A stretch of DNA of 64,000 nucleotides, from NCBI GenBank assembly GCA_036381495.1, contig DASVCS010000015.1:5687-69686 (forward strand), in the 5' to 3' direction. The notes beneath the pieces are model-generated. The model was not told where the DNA came from and ran no database searches. It saw only the letters and a list, made by a program, of their open reading frames with translations. The DNA is from Longimicrobiales bacterium. GTDB taxonomy: Bacteria > Gemmatimonadota > Gemmatimonadetes > Longimicrobiales > RSA9. Below, in pieces: positions 52,400 to 61,691 of this stretch (positions are counted from its first letter, which is position 1; each line of letters begins with the position of its first letter). A program made the translations under genes and the position numbers.

Positions 52400-54502
52400 T
52401 CAGCGTGATGCGCGCCCGATGACGCCCCGGGGGAACATGTTGTTCCCTCGATCGTCATCCGGGAGCACGTGGTCCGGGTCGAGGGTGGCGGTACGGATCC
52501 GCTGCGTTCCCGGTACCACGATGTCGAAGCTATGGTGTTGCATCCAGGTCGCGACCGGCACCCGGACGCGTGTCGTCGCGCCGTCCACGTACGTCACCTC
52601 GAGCGTCGCGGGCAGGACCAGCTTGCCGAGGTTGGCCACCGTGACGACCGCGCCGTTCCGGGGATCGCCGTCGACGTACGCGATGCCCGTCACCGCCTGG
52701 TCGAACGTCCAGTTGTTTTCGAACCAGCCGCGCCAGAACCACGAGAGGTCCTCTCCCGCCGCGCTGTTCATCGCGCGGAAGAAGTCGTCGGGCGAGGGAT
52801 GCTTGAAGGCCCAGGCAGCGATGTAGCGGCGGAACGCGGGGTCGAAGCGTTCGGGGCCGAGGATCTGCTCGCGTAGCAGGACCAGGCCGAGCGCGGCCTT
52901 GAAGTACGTCACCGGGTGGCGGTACTTCTCCGCGATCAGGTCGGGACGGGTCCGGATCGGCGGTGCGGCCGGGTCGTCGAGCACGGGCAGGATCTCATCG
53001 ACGGGGTTGCCGCCGCCCGGTGCATACTCACCATCGCGCTTGGGAGCATACTCGCCGCCGTTGAACTCGTCGCTGGCGTAAATGTCGATGAACGTGTTGA
53101 AGCCCTCATCCATCCAGGCGGCGCGGCGCTCGTTCGAGCCGACGACCATCGGGAACCAGGTGTGGCCGATCTCGTGCGCGGTCAGGCTGAACAGATCCTG
53201 GCCTCGCGAGCGGTACGAGTCGAACACGATGCCGGGGTACTCCATCCCGCCGGCAATGCCGGCCTCCGCTACAGCCACAGGGTAGGGATACGGATACCAT
53301 TGCTCCGAAAAGATCTCGGTCGAGTACTTGAGGTACTCGGTCGAGCGACCCCAGGCATCGGCGCCCGCGCTCTCGACCGGGTAGGCCGACATCGCCAGCG
53401 CCGTCCGCCCACCCGGGAGATTGATCCGCGCGGCATCCCAGATGTATGCCGCGGAGGCGCCGAAGGCGACGTCGCGCGTGCGCTCCATCCGGAAATGCCA
53501 GGTCAGTTCGCCGCTCCGTACCGGTCGCGTTGCGGGGTCGCGGACCTCATCGGGTGCGATGATCATCACCGTCGTATCGCTCATCCGCGCCGCGGCCAGC
53601 CGCGCACGCTCGGCTGCCGTGAGCACCTCCTCCGGGTTCACCAGTTCGCCCGAGCCGACGACGATCATGTTCCAGGGAACCGTGATGAAGTAGTCGAAGT
53701 CACCGTACTCGAGATAGAACTCGTTGTTGAGGAAGGGGAGCGTGTCCCAGCCGTGCAGATCGTCGTAGACGCAGAGGCGCGGGTACCACTGCGCGATCTC
53801 GAAGATGTCGCCGTTGCGGCTGTGGAACCAGTCGGTGCGCCCACCGAAGCTGCCGGGGATGACGTAGCTGTAGGCAATGTGCACGCGCACCGTGCCGCCG
53901 GCCGGCGGCAGCGGTCGCGGCAGGTCGATGCGCATGCGCGTGTCCGAGATCACGTACGGCGTCGCGCGCGGCGCGCCATCCACCTCGACGCGGACCGACT
54001 CGATCCGGTAGCCATCGGTGTGCTCCGTCACCGCTGGCATCCCGTCCGCGCTGAAATTTGCGCGCGCGTCGGAACGATAACGGTTCTGGTCGAGCTGCAA
54101 CCACAGCACGGCGAGCGTGTCCGGGCTGTTGTTGGTGTACGTCACCACCTCGGTGGCGGTCAGCGTCTTCGCTGCGGGGTCGAGCCGTGCGTGGATCTCG
54201 TAGTCCGCGCGGTTCTGCCAGTAGTCGGGGCCGGGCAGCCCATCGGCGGAGCGATACCGGCTGACCGGATGTGCGTAGCGAAACGGCGCGAAGGTCTCGA
54301 GCGGATCGAAGGTCCCGGGCGCGGCCCGAACAGGCGACGCTTTGCGTGCTCCGGCCGCGTGCGCCTCGTCCCGCGGGTCGAGCCCTCTCCGCGCAGTGGC
54401 GGCGTGCCCCGGATCGGACCCTTGCGCGGCCACAGGCGTGCCGGCGGCCGAGGTGAACAGCAGCAGACCCGCCGCGAATGTAATCGTGTGCAGCTTCATC
54501 AT
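52400..54502 (-). CDS. M1-family (gluzincin) metallopeptidase, secreted
   Basis: Signal MMKLHTITFAAGLLLFTSAAGTPVAAQ. Zinc motif LTAHEIGHTWFPMVVGSNERRAAWMDEGFNTF (HExxH-X18-E). Confidence 0.85.
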   Translation of the reverse strand: MMKLHTITFAAGLLLFTSAAGTPVAAQGSDPGHAATARRGLDPRDEAHAAGARKASPVRAAPGTFDPLETFAPFRYAHPVSRYRSADGLPGPDYWQNRADYEIHARLDPAAKTLTATEVVTYTNNSPDTLAVLWLQLDQNRYRSDARANFSADGMPAVTEHTDGYRIESVRVEVDGAPRATPYVISDTRMRIDLPRPLPPAGGTVRVHIAYSYVIPGSFGGRTDWFHSRNGDIFEIAQWYPRLCVYDDLHGWDTLPFLNNEFYLEYGDFDYFITVPWNMIVVGSGELVNPEEVLTAAERARLAAARMSDTTVMIIAPDEVRDPATRPVRSGELTWHFRMERTRDVAFGASAAYIWDAARINLPGGRTALAMSAYPVESAGADAWGRSTEYLKYSTEIFSEQWYPYPYPVAVAEAGIAGGMEYPGIVFDSYRSRGQDLFSLTAHEIGHTWFPMVVGSNERRAAWMDEGFNTFIDIYASDEFNGGEYAPKRDGEYAPGGGNPVDEILPVLDDPAAPPIRTRPDLIAEKYRHPVTYFKAALGLVLLREQILGPERFDPAFRRYIAAWAFKHPSPDDFFRAMNSAAGEDLSWFWRGWFENNWTFDQAVTGIAYVDGDPRNGAVVTVANLGKLVLPATLEVTYVDGATTRVRVPVATWMQHHSFDIVVPGTQRIRTATLDPDHVLPDDDRGNNMFPRGVIGRASR

Positions 54503-54658
54503 GCCCGTGCCGTGAACGTGTTTTCAGGAAATCCAGAAAGCGATCGACATCGGATGATGCCCGTCGCGCGGGCGGCAGGCAAGCGCGGCCGAGTTTTCAC
54601 CCGTGGCGCGGGTCGCGCATCGCGTGGTGGTCCGCCGGTACGACGGCGGTCGGGCCTC

Positions 54659-54752
54659 TACGGCGGTCCACCCGCGGGTTCGGATCCGCGTGGCCGCCCG
54701 CCGCGCCCGGTTTGCGGGCGCAGGCCTCCGGAGTGACGCGACAACCGCTCTA
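54659..54752 (+). repeat. Repeat family B element (copy E3)
   Basis: The left arm is degenerate: TACGGCGGTCC-ACCCGCGGGT-TCGGAT. The right arm, reverse-complemented, is TAGAGCGGTTG-TCGCGTCACT-CCGGAG. CCCGCGGGTTCGGATCCGCGTGGCCGCCCGCCGCG matches copy E1 with 2 mismatches. Its terminal CTA (54750-54752) is the stop of gene 54750..55631. Confidence 0.75.
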
Positions 54753-55631
54753 AGACCGCCCACGCCCGGGGAAGCGCCCTTCATCGGTCCGCGATCGCGG
54801 CGACTCCGGCCGGCATCTCTTCTCCGCGCTCCGGATCGGCTCGTCCGCTTGGCGACCCCGATCGTCGCCGGCATAGCCCGCCAGGACGAACGCGATACCG
54901 GAGACCGCCAGCGCTTCGAAGACGGCGATACCATCGCTCACGCTGGTGAACGTTCGGGGCAGGTGCACGATCCAGAACCACGAGAACACCATCACGCCCG
55001 ACAGGAACGCCGCGAGGCGCGCCGTCCACGGGACGAGCAGACCGGCCCCGCCGGCCAGGAGCGCGGCACCCGCGAAATACGTCCAGAACACGGCGTCGCC
55101 GGGGAACCAACCCGGGATCAGCGAGGCGACGAACTCGGTGAAGATGTAGTGCTGGAAGCCGGTGATGATCATGAAGATCCCGAGCGTGACCCGCCCCAGC
55201 ACGATGAACTCGGCTCGGCGGTTCATGAAGCTCCGGAGCCGGGCGGCGCCACCGGCCTTCACCGCCGGCAGCGTGGACGCGACCGCCCAGGCGCCGCCGA
55301 AGAAGGTGAGCGCCTTGCCCGCGCGCGTCCACGTCCCGCCGAGAAACGAGTCCGCCGCGACGACCGGTACGTTCCGGAGCAACGCCCACGCGAAGATCAG
55401 CGCGCCGGCGAGGATCGCCGCGGGGCGCGCGCCCTTCCGGATCAATACGGCCACGCCGATGCCGATGAAGGCGATCCCGGTCAGGTACGCCCAGACCACG
55501 CCGCCGGGGATCGAAGCGGGCCAGGCGGGGGCGCGTCCCGTGACGAACTCCCGGAAGATGAAATGCTCGATGCCGAGTCCGGTCAGCGCGACGGCGAAGA
55601 ACGTTCGTCCGACGGTCGCGAGCTTTGCCAT
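54750..55631 (-). CDS. Integral membrane protein with an internal duplication (DoxX-like halves), unknown function
   Basis: Two homologous halves (GIEHFIFREFVTGRAPAWPASIPGGVVWAYLTGIAFIGIG and GFQHYIFTEFVASLIPGWFPGDAVFWTYFAGAALLAGG). A charged C-terminal tail. Confidence 0.6.
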   Translation of the reverse strand: MAKLATVGRTFFAVALTGLGIEHFIFREFVTGRAPAWPASIPGGVVWAYLTGIAFIGIGVAVLIRKGARPAAILAGALIFAWALLRNVPVVAADSFLGGTWTRAGKALTFFGGAWAVASTLPAVKAGGAARLRSFMNRRAEFIVLGRVTLGIFMIITGFQHYIFTEFVASLIPGWFPGDAVFWTYFAGAALLAGGAGLLVPWTARLAAFLSGVMVFSWFWIVHLPRTFTSVSDGIAVFEALAVSGIAFVLAGYAGDDRGRQADEPIRSAEKRCRPESPRSRTDEGRFPGRGRS

Positions 55632-55674
55632 GGCTTCGCTCGACGGAAGCGGGCGATGTGCTGGCCGGTCCCGA

Positions 55675-56241
55675 TCAACACTTCACGGCCGGGTTCCAGT
55701 CGGCGAAGAGCCCGTTGCTGTTCCGCTCCCACACCCACACGTGCAGATACCAGAGCCGGAGCCTGGGAGCCCGCTTCAGCGATCGTCCGAAGATGCGCGG
55801 CGCCTCCTCGTCGGGGCCGCGCGCGGAGAACGGCACGACGTACTCGACGCCGACCAGCTTCGGCTTGCCGCTGCTCGTCGGCGCGTAGACCAGGATCTCC
55901 GGATGCTCGACGTCGAGGTGGTCATCGAGCCGGTCCGGGTGCACGTAGTGCAGTCCCATCCCGCCGGCCGGCGGATTCTCCAGGCAGCCGGGAACCCTCG
56001 TCGGGTATCCGGCGGCGTGGGCGGCCGCAATGTCGTGGAACTCGTCGGTCGCCGCGCGTACGCGTTCGAGGTCACGCACGACGTCCGCGCCGTACGCCAT
56101 CGCGTCGGGCGAGGAGGACGCCGAGGCCGAGGCGCTCAGGTCGGCCATCGATGTGGCGCGTTGCGGCGTCCCGCCGCACGCCAGGAGGAGTGCGGAGGCG
56201 GCAAGCGCCGCGTGACCGGGTATTCGTGTCCGAAGCATCAT
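55675..56241 (-). CDS. Lipoprotein of unknown function
   Basis: MMLRTRIPGHAALAASALLLACGG (lipobox). Well-balanced composition, ending ...LHVWVWERNSNGLFADWNPAVKC. Confidence 0.55.
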   Translation of the reverse strand: MMLRTRIPGHAALAASALLLACGGTPQRATSMADLSASASASSSPDAMAYGADVVRDLERVRAATDEFHDIAAAHAAGYPTRVPGCLENPPAGGMGLHYVHPDRLDDHLDVEHPEILVYAPTSSGKPKLVGVEYVVPFSARGPDEEAPRIFGRSLKRAPRLRLWYLHVWVWERNSNGLFADWNPAVKC

Positions 56242-56523
56242 CCCGCTACCTGGAACCGGTGGAACCCACGTGGTGCGCGACTCGCCGAAGCGCCGGCGCG
56301 CATGAGCCGGTCGACTCGACTCCGGTGGTCGGCCGCACGTCGGCGTTCAAGAGACGGCCGTGCACGGCCCGTGGTCAAGGAAGTGTCGACGAACCGACGG
56401 CGGAACGGGATGAATGATACCGGGACGCGCCGAATCGCAGGCCCCGGAATCGGTGGGCGCGCCACCGGAGCCATCCCGCGCCGTGCGACCGTGGTCCGCC
56501 CGCGGCGGGCGAGCCGCGTGCCG

Positions 56524-57336
56524 CTACTCGAAGAGGTTGTCGCGGTAGCCCCGGCTCATGCGCAGCGTCGTGCCTCCTTCGAGCACGACCGTGTAGGCGC
56601 CGCCATCGGCCGGTCGGATCTCAGCGACGCGGTCCAGATTCACGATCGCCGAGCGGTGGATGCGGCGGAACCGGGCGGCGTCCAGGCGCGCCTCCATGTC
56701 AGCCATCGTCGCGCGCAGGAGGTGCGACTCGCCGTCGCAGTGCAGGCGCACGTAGTCGCCGGCGGCCTCGATCCAGACGAGGTCATCGGCCTTGACGAGC
56801 AGGTAGCTGTCGCGCCGCTTGACGACGAACCTGCGCGCGGGCCCGGACGCCGCGTTCGCGCCGGCGGTCCGTCCACAGTCCGCGGCATCGGCGGATCCGG
56901 CGTCGCGCGAGTCCAGGAGCCGCGCCAGCGCACGCCGGACGGCGGCGTCGGACCGCATCGCCTCATGGCGCGCCCGCCGCATCGCGCGGGCGAAGCGCTC
57001 GGCCGTGAACGGCTTGAGCAGGTAATCCAGTGCGTGGACGTCGAATGCGCGCAGGGCGTACTCGTCGTACGCCGTCACGAACACGATGATCGGCAGGTGG
57101 TGGGCCGCCGTCCGCTCGAGGACCTCGAATCCGTCCATCTCCGGCATCTGGATGTCGAGGAACACGATATCCGGCCGCAACGCCGTGATCGCCGCGACGG
57201 CGGCCGGCCCGTCCTCCGCCTCGCCCACGATCTCGACGTCGGGCTCCGACTCGAGCCGGGCGCGGACCATTTCCCGCGCGAGTGGCTCGTCGTCCACGAT
57301 CAGCGCCCGGATCGCCGAGCCGGCCGCGTCGCTCAC
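56524..57336 (-). CDS. LytTR-family response regulator
   Basis: Receiver domain (ALIVDDEPLAREMV...IVFLDIQMPEMDGFEVL...DYLLKPF) plus a LytTR domain (VKRRDSYLLVKADDLVWIEAAGDYVRLH...FRRIHRSAIVNLDRV). Confidence 0.9.
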   Translation of the reverse strand: MSDAAGSAIRALIVDDEPLAREMVRARLESEPDVEIVGEAEDGPAAVAAITALRPDIVFLDIQMPEMDGFEVLERTAAHHLPIIVFVTAYDEYALRAFDVHALDYLLKPFTAERFARAMRRARHEAMRSDAAVRRALARLLDSRDAGSADAADCGRTAGANAASGPARRFVVKRRDSYLLVKADDLVWIEAAGDYVRLHCDGESHLLRATMADMEARLDAARFRRIHRSAIVNLDRVAEIRPADGGAYTVVLEGGTTLRMSRGYRDNLFE

Positions 57337-58499
57337 GTCGCCTCCGCGGCCTGCCGCGCCGGCTCGGTCGGCGCCGCCCGGCCGCCCGGCCGCTGCAACG
57401 GGATCCGGATCACGACCTCGCCGCCGCCGCCCTCCGCGTCGCCGGCCTCGAAGCGACAGCCGTCGCCGTAGCGCTGCTCGAGGCGCGCGCGCGTGTTCGC
57501 CAGCCCGATCCCGTGCGACTCCGTCGGCCCGGCGGCCGCACCGAAGCCGGGGCCGGTGTCGCGGATCCGAATCCGGAGCGCATCGGCTTCCGCTCTCGCC
57601 GCGATCTCGATCCGCACCGGACCGCGCCGCCGAGCGACGCCGTGCAGGACCGCGTTCTCGGCCAGCGGCTGCATGATCATCCGCGGCACGAGGGCGTCCA
57701 GCGCGTCGGGGTCGATCGTCTTCTCGACGACCATGCGCTCGCCGTAGCGGAGCCGCTGGATCTCGAGGTAGAGGTCCACGGCCTCGAGCTCACGGGAGAG
57801 CGGGACGTCCTGTTCGCCGCCGTCATCAAGCGAGTAATCCAGGATCTCGCGCAGACGGCTCAGGCCGCCGACGACCGCCTCGCGCTCGCCGCGCAGCGCG
57901 AGCGCGGAGACCGCGTTCAGCGTGTTGTACAGGAAGTGCGGGTCGAGCCGATTGCGCAGCGCCTGGAGTTGCGCGCGGGTCAGACGCGCCCGCAGCTCGG
58001 ACGCCGCCAACTCCCGCTCGCGGGCATCGCGATGGTACCGGAGCGCGTGGTGTACGCCCACGATCGCACCGTAGGTCAGCAGCTCCATGATGAAGTACCA
58101 GTTGATGAGCTGCTGGAATACGACCGAAAACGAGTCGCCGGTGGTGCCCATCGCCGTGGCGGCGACCGCGGTCCCTCCGAGGTGTGCGAACGTGAAGAGG
58201 ACGAAGGTGATGACATGCGCCGGGACGTGGCGCAGACCGTGGCTGCGGTCGAGCGGGTAGCGATCCGAAACCCACAGGACCGCGGGGGCGAGCACGGCCA
58301 GGATCACCCACGACGGCAGGACCCGCCCGAGCGCCGCAGTGAACGGTATCGGTGCCTCGTTCTGGAGCGCCCGCACGTAGGTCTGCGTCGTCTCGACCGT
58401 CGCGAGGGCCAGGCAGGCGCCGAGGATCACGCCCGCCCGCACGAGACCGCGCCGCCACCGGGTCCCACCCTTCTCGATGGGCGCGGCGTAGACCGTCAC
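57333..58499 (-). CDS. LytS/YehU-type sensor histidine kinase
   Basis: Multi-TM N-terminus. The His_kinase motif is LRNRLDPHFLYNTLNAVSAL, followed by an HATPase region. The stop overlaps the regulator start (ATGA). A GTG start at 58499 is proposed because the listed 58592 start would overlap the upstream gene by 70 nt. Confidence 0.8.
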   Translation of the reverse strand: MTVYAAPIEKGGTRWRRGLVRAGVILGACLALATVETTQTYVRALQNEAPIPFTAALGRVLPSWVILAVLAPAVLWVSDRYPLDRSHGLRHVPAHVITFVLFTFAHLGGTAVAATAMGTTGDSFSVVFQQLINWYFIMELLTYGAIVGVHHALRYHRDARERELAASELRARLTRAQLQALRNRLDPHFLYNTLNAVSALALRGEREAVVGGLSRLREILDYSLDDGGEQDVPLSRELEAVDLYLEIQRLRYGERMVVEKTIDPDALDALVPRMIMQPLAENAVLHGVARRRGPVRIEIAARAEADALRIRIRDTGPGFGAAAGPTESHGIGLANTRARLEQRYGDGCRFEAGDAEGGGGEVVIRIPLQRPGGRAAPTEPARQAAEAT

Positions 58500-58521
58500 C
58501 GGTTGCAATCCATTCGGGATC

Positions 58522-59142
58522 CTAAGAACACCCTTCCACCCACTCGACGGCCGGGAGCGCTCCCGCGCGATACCGTTCCACCGCACGGCCATCCGTCTCG
58601 AAGACGATCCGGCGCTCCGCCCCGGTCGGTCCAGGCGGCGTCACGATCAGGTAATGACCTTCCGTGTACTTGTGCGGCCGTACTTCGACCCGCCCCGGAT
58701 AGAGCGCCTGGATCTCGTCCTCGGTGCTGCCGATCCGCGCGCCCTCCGCAGTCGCGGTCCCGCCCTCCCACACATCCACTCGCGCGACGGATCCATCCAC
58801 CATCATGACCGCGACGCCCTGGGGCCACGTCGGCGGGAGGATGTAATCGCAGCCACCCGGCTCGTCCGGCACGTCGACGGCACCCCCCAGCGCCCGCGCC
58901 ACCTCCTCCGTGCTCATGCCGATGCGGATCGGACCCAGGCCATCCGCGGTTACGACCCAGCTCGGATCGAACGATGCCGGCGCCGACGTCGCCTCATCCT
59001 GCGCCCGCCCGCGTTCCTGCTGGACGACGTCGCCGCCTTCTCCCGAACGGGACGAATCCGCTCTCGTGGCCACCTGCGCCCCCGGGCCGCCGCCGCACCC
59101 GAGGACCACGATCCCGGCCAACGCCAAACCGCACAGCTTCAT
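58522..59142 (-). CDS. Lipoprotein of unknown function
   Basis: ORF 58522..59193(-), ATG at 59142 (MKLCGLALAGIVVLGCGG). Balanced globular composition. Confidence 0.55.
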   Translation of the reverse strand: MKLCGLALAGIVVLGCGGGPGAQVATRADSSRSGEGGDVVQQERGRAQDEATSAPASFDPSWVVTADGLGPIRIGMSTEEVARALGGAVDVPDEPGGCDYILPPTWPQGVAVMMVDGSVARVDVWEGGTATAEGARIGSTEDEIQALYPGRVEVRPHKYTEGHYLIVTPPGPTGAERRIVFETDGRAVERYRAGALPAVEWVEGCS

Positions 59143-59492
59143 CGCACACTCGCTCCCCATCCAGGGCGTCGCTCCTCCCCGCGCGTCCGACACGACAGAC
59201 GCGACCCCGCCGGACCGTCAAGGATGACGAGCAACCGTCCATCCGCGGCAGCCTCCCGCGCTCCCCACCCTGGCGCGCTCCCGTGCTGTGGCGGGTGATC
59301 GATGCGACGTCACGTCCGGAGAACGCGTAACATCATGCCACTTTGCACAGCCCCGCGGCGAGGTCTTACGCAGACCGCGGCGCCGCCCGCCGCGCTCCGC
59401 CAGGCCGGGGCGGCGCCAGGCCGCCGCAGCGTGGGCGCGACGTCGTGCGCGGTCAGACCGCTACCCGGACCGCGTGTACGCGGCGGTCCCGG

Positions 59493-60077
59493 TCACTGCT
59501 TCCCGGAAGACCACCGCAACGGCGCGATCCGCTCGCCTGCCTCCGAATCCCTGATCAGCGTGGCGAGGCGCCTTCTCCTCGTCTCCTCCCGCTTGGCGCT
59601 GATCACCCACCACGTGGCGGTTCGCCGGTACGAGGGCGGCTGGGCCTCGAAGAACGCCCACGCCTTCGCATTCGCCCGAAACTCCGCCTCGTACGCCTCT
59701 CCGAGCTCCACGACCCCCTGGTCGAACGAATATCGTCGCGTGCGATCCTCCTTCCGCCCGGCGAAGGCTTCGAGCCCCGCCGGCTGCATGCGCCCCGCCT
59801 CGATCAGCTCCTGCGCTCGCCGGATGTTCGCTGTGCTCCAGATACTTCCCGGCCGGCGCGGCGTGAAGCGGATGCGGTAACTCACCTCGTCGATCGACTT
59901 GCGGATGCCGTCGATCCAGCCGAAGCAGAGCGCTTCATCGACCGATTCCGGCCAGGTGAGGCTCGGACGGCCCGACGTCTTCTTGTAGAAGCCGACCCAG
60001 AGCTCATCCGCCGTCGCGTGATGCCGTTCGAGCCACGCGCGGAATTCCGCGGGGGTGCGGAAGAAGTGGGTTTCCAT
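59493..60077 (-). CDS. YdeI/OmpD-associated family protein
   Basis: METHFFRTPAEFRAWLERHHATADELWVGFYKKTSGRPSLTWPESVDEALCFGWIDGIRKSID...YRRTATWWVISAKREETRRRRLATLI, the typical family pattern. Confidence 0.75.
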   Translation of the reverse strand: METHFFRTPAEFRAWLERHHATADELWVGFYKKTSGRPSLTWPESVDEALCFGWIDGIRKSIDEVSYRIRFTPRRPGSIWSTANIRRAQELIEAGRMQPAGLEAFAGRKEDRTRRYSFDQGVVELGEAYEAEFRANAKAWAFFEAQPPSYRRTATWWVISAKREETRRRRLATLIRDSEAGERIAPLRWSSGKQ

Positions 60078-60146
60078 GGTTCTCCCGGTTGAGGGACCGC
60101 GCGAACACTTCGATGAGTTCCGCCATCTTGCCGTGCTGCAGATCGA

Positions 60147-60449
60147 TCACGCAGAGGAATTCGGCGTGCACCGGCTCGCCGGCACGCACGCATCGAGGAA
60201 GATCGCCGCCCCGATACTCTTCCGCCACCACAGCAGCACTCCGGCACCTGCGAGGAGGGCGAAATCGAGCAGAGCGAAGCGCGTTACCGCTGTAACGAAC
60301 CGCAGCCCGTCCGTGCCCAGGAGCGCAAAGACCGCTCCCACGCCGCCAGCGACGAAGGCGACGGCGCCGGCGCGGGTCGTCCGGTCCTCTGCCCGGCGCC
60401 GCGCTTCGAACCAGCGATCATTCCTCGATGCGTGCGTGCCGGCGGTCAT
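60147..60449 (-). CDS. Small 2-TM membrane protein (hypothetical)
   Basis: This is the tail of ORF 60147..60713(-) from the ATG at 60449. MTAGTHASRNDRWFEARRRAEDRTTRAGAVAFVAGGVGAVFALLG...FALLDFALLAGAGVLLWW. Confidence 0.4.
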   Translation of the reverse strand: MTAGTHASRNDRWFEARRRAEDRTTRAGAVAFVAGGVGAVFALLGTDGLRFVTAVTRFALLDFALLAGAGVLLWWRKSIGAAIFLDACVPASRCTPNSSA

Positions 60450-60570
60450 TCGGTTCTGGTGCACTGGGACGAGTGGGTGATGGGGCCGAGCATTCCAGCG
60501 TTCACGATGTCGAGCGAGGCACGGCCGTTGGAGTCGGTGGACCGCCGGGGAGAATCCTGCCTCCCTGCGG

Positions 60571-60873
60571 TCAATGCCCCCATACCGCGACGAACGGGAT
60601 CTCGGTCCATACACGCCAAATCCCGTCCTCGTCGGGGCGAAGGACCGCGACCCCGAACGTCTCCTCCTCCAGCCCTTTCTTCCAGGTCCAGACGAGCACC
60701 TCCGGTGCGCCATCCCCGGTCACGTCCAGCGGAGCGAGGGGCTCCCAGATCCCTTCGTGTGTCCAGGGACGATCCGTGAGTCGCTCGAAGCGGAGGAACA
60801 ATAGTTCGACGGAGTCCGCCGCAATGACCGCCGCGCCCGCGAACACAGTGGTTGACGGTCCCCTCGACCGCAC
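60571..60873 (-). CDS. FG-GAP-like repeat fragment, or a separate small ORF in the same frame as the upstream lipoprotein gene
   Basis: A GTG at 60873. It contains LDVTGDGAPEVLVW (a DxDGDG-type FG-GAP signature). It is in frame with ORF 60895..61680 and separated from it only by a TGA (60895-60897) plus 7 codons. Confidence 0.45.
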   Translation of the reverse strand: MRSRGPSTTVFAGAAVIAADSVELLFLRFERLTDRPWTHEGIWEPLAPLDVTGDGAPEVLVWTWKKGLEEETFGVAVLRPDEDGIWRVWTEIPFVAVWGH

Positions 60874-60894
60874 GGGCCGGGCGGTCCAGCTCCC

Positions 60895-61680
60895 TCAGAT
60901 CTGGCGAGTCTCATCCCCGACATTCCAGAGGTCCATCTTGGGGGCCGACTCGATGGTGGCGAAAACGGAGTCGCCGTTCCGGTTGACCTCGTTTTGCACC
61001 GCCATGAGAAATTCCCGTCGGATGTCCTCATCGATGTCATACGCGTGCGCAATGCGCTGCGGCGATGAGGACGGCAGAGAATCCGCCGGGAGCGCCAGAG
61101 AACGGAGCCCCTGCGGAAGTTCCACCTCGGGGGGGCCTACCTCGAACGCCGGCACGAGGAAGCGCATGTACGGGCGGTCCGGGGCCGAGCGTGAGAGATG
61201 AAGATCCCCACGCACACTCCGATCCGGAAACAACGCGATGGGGCGTTCGGTCGGCTGCGGTCCTCCTGGCTGGGCGGAATCCAGCCCTCCGATCTGAAAA
61301 GCCAGAGGCGGCCGCGACCCGATACCGAGCACGTATATGGTCCTCAGGATCGGCTGCCGTCTGACTACGGTTGCGACTGAATCCGTGTCAATTGCGACCG
61401 AATCCGTGTCGCGATCCGTTGTCGTGCCCAGGTCCCCGGGTTCCTCACCCCTCGGTGCCCGGCTGTCGGCCCGTTCGTCTTCTTGCAGGCCAACCATCGG
61501 CTCGCGCGGATCCCCCACCGCTGCAGATGCTTCGCCTCGCCGGTCGACGGCGAGAACCGAGTCCTCGTGGGTCCCTCCGGCCGTCCTGTCGCCGGTTCCG
61601 ACGCACGCTCCGCAGGCGAGCGCGACCAGAACAGGAGCGTAGCGCGAACACCGCCGCAACCAATCTGTCGACTTTACCAT
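60895..61680 (-). CDS. Lipoprotein of unknown function
   Basis: ORF 60895..61884(-), trimmed to the ATG at 61680 (MVKSTDWLRRCSRYAPVLVALACGAC, lipobox), 11 nt after the upstream stop. An acidic linker is followed by a globular part. Confidence 0.55.
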   Translation of the reverse strand: MVKSTDWLRRCSRYAPVLVALACGACVGTGDRTAGGTHEDSVLAVDRRGEASAAVGDPREPMVGLQEDERADSRAPRGEEPGDLGTTTDRDTDSVAIDTDSVATVVRRQPILRTIYVLGIGSRPPLAFQIGGLDSAQPGGPQPTERPIALFPDRSVRGDLHLSRSAPDRPYMRFLVPAFEVGPPEVELPQGLRSLALPADSLPSSSPQRIAHAYDIDEDIRREFLMAVQNEVNRNGDSVFATIESAPKMDLWNVGDETRQI

Positions 61681-61691
61681 TCGTAAACGCC

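Noticed and set aside
60895-60897. The in-frame TGA might be a selenocysteine codon.
   Set aside because: I could identify no stem-loop resembling a bacterial SECIS directly downstream. The context is not a redox motif, and no sel genes are in the window. A nonsense mutation or two separate genes is more likely.
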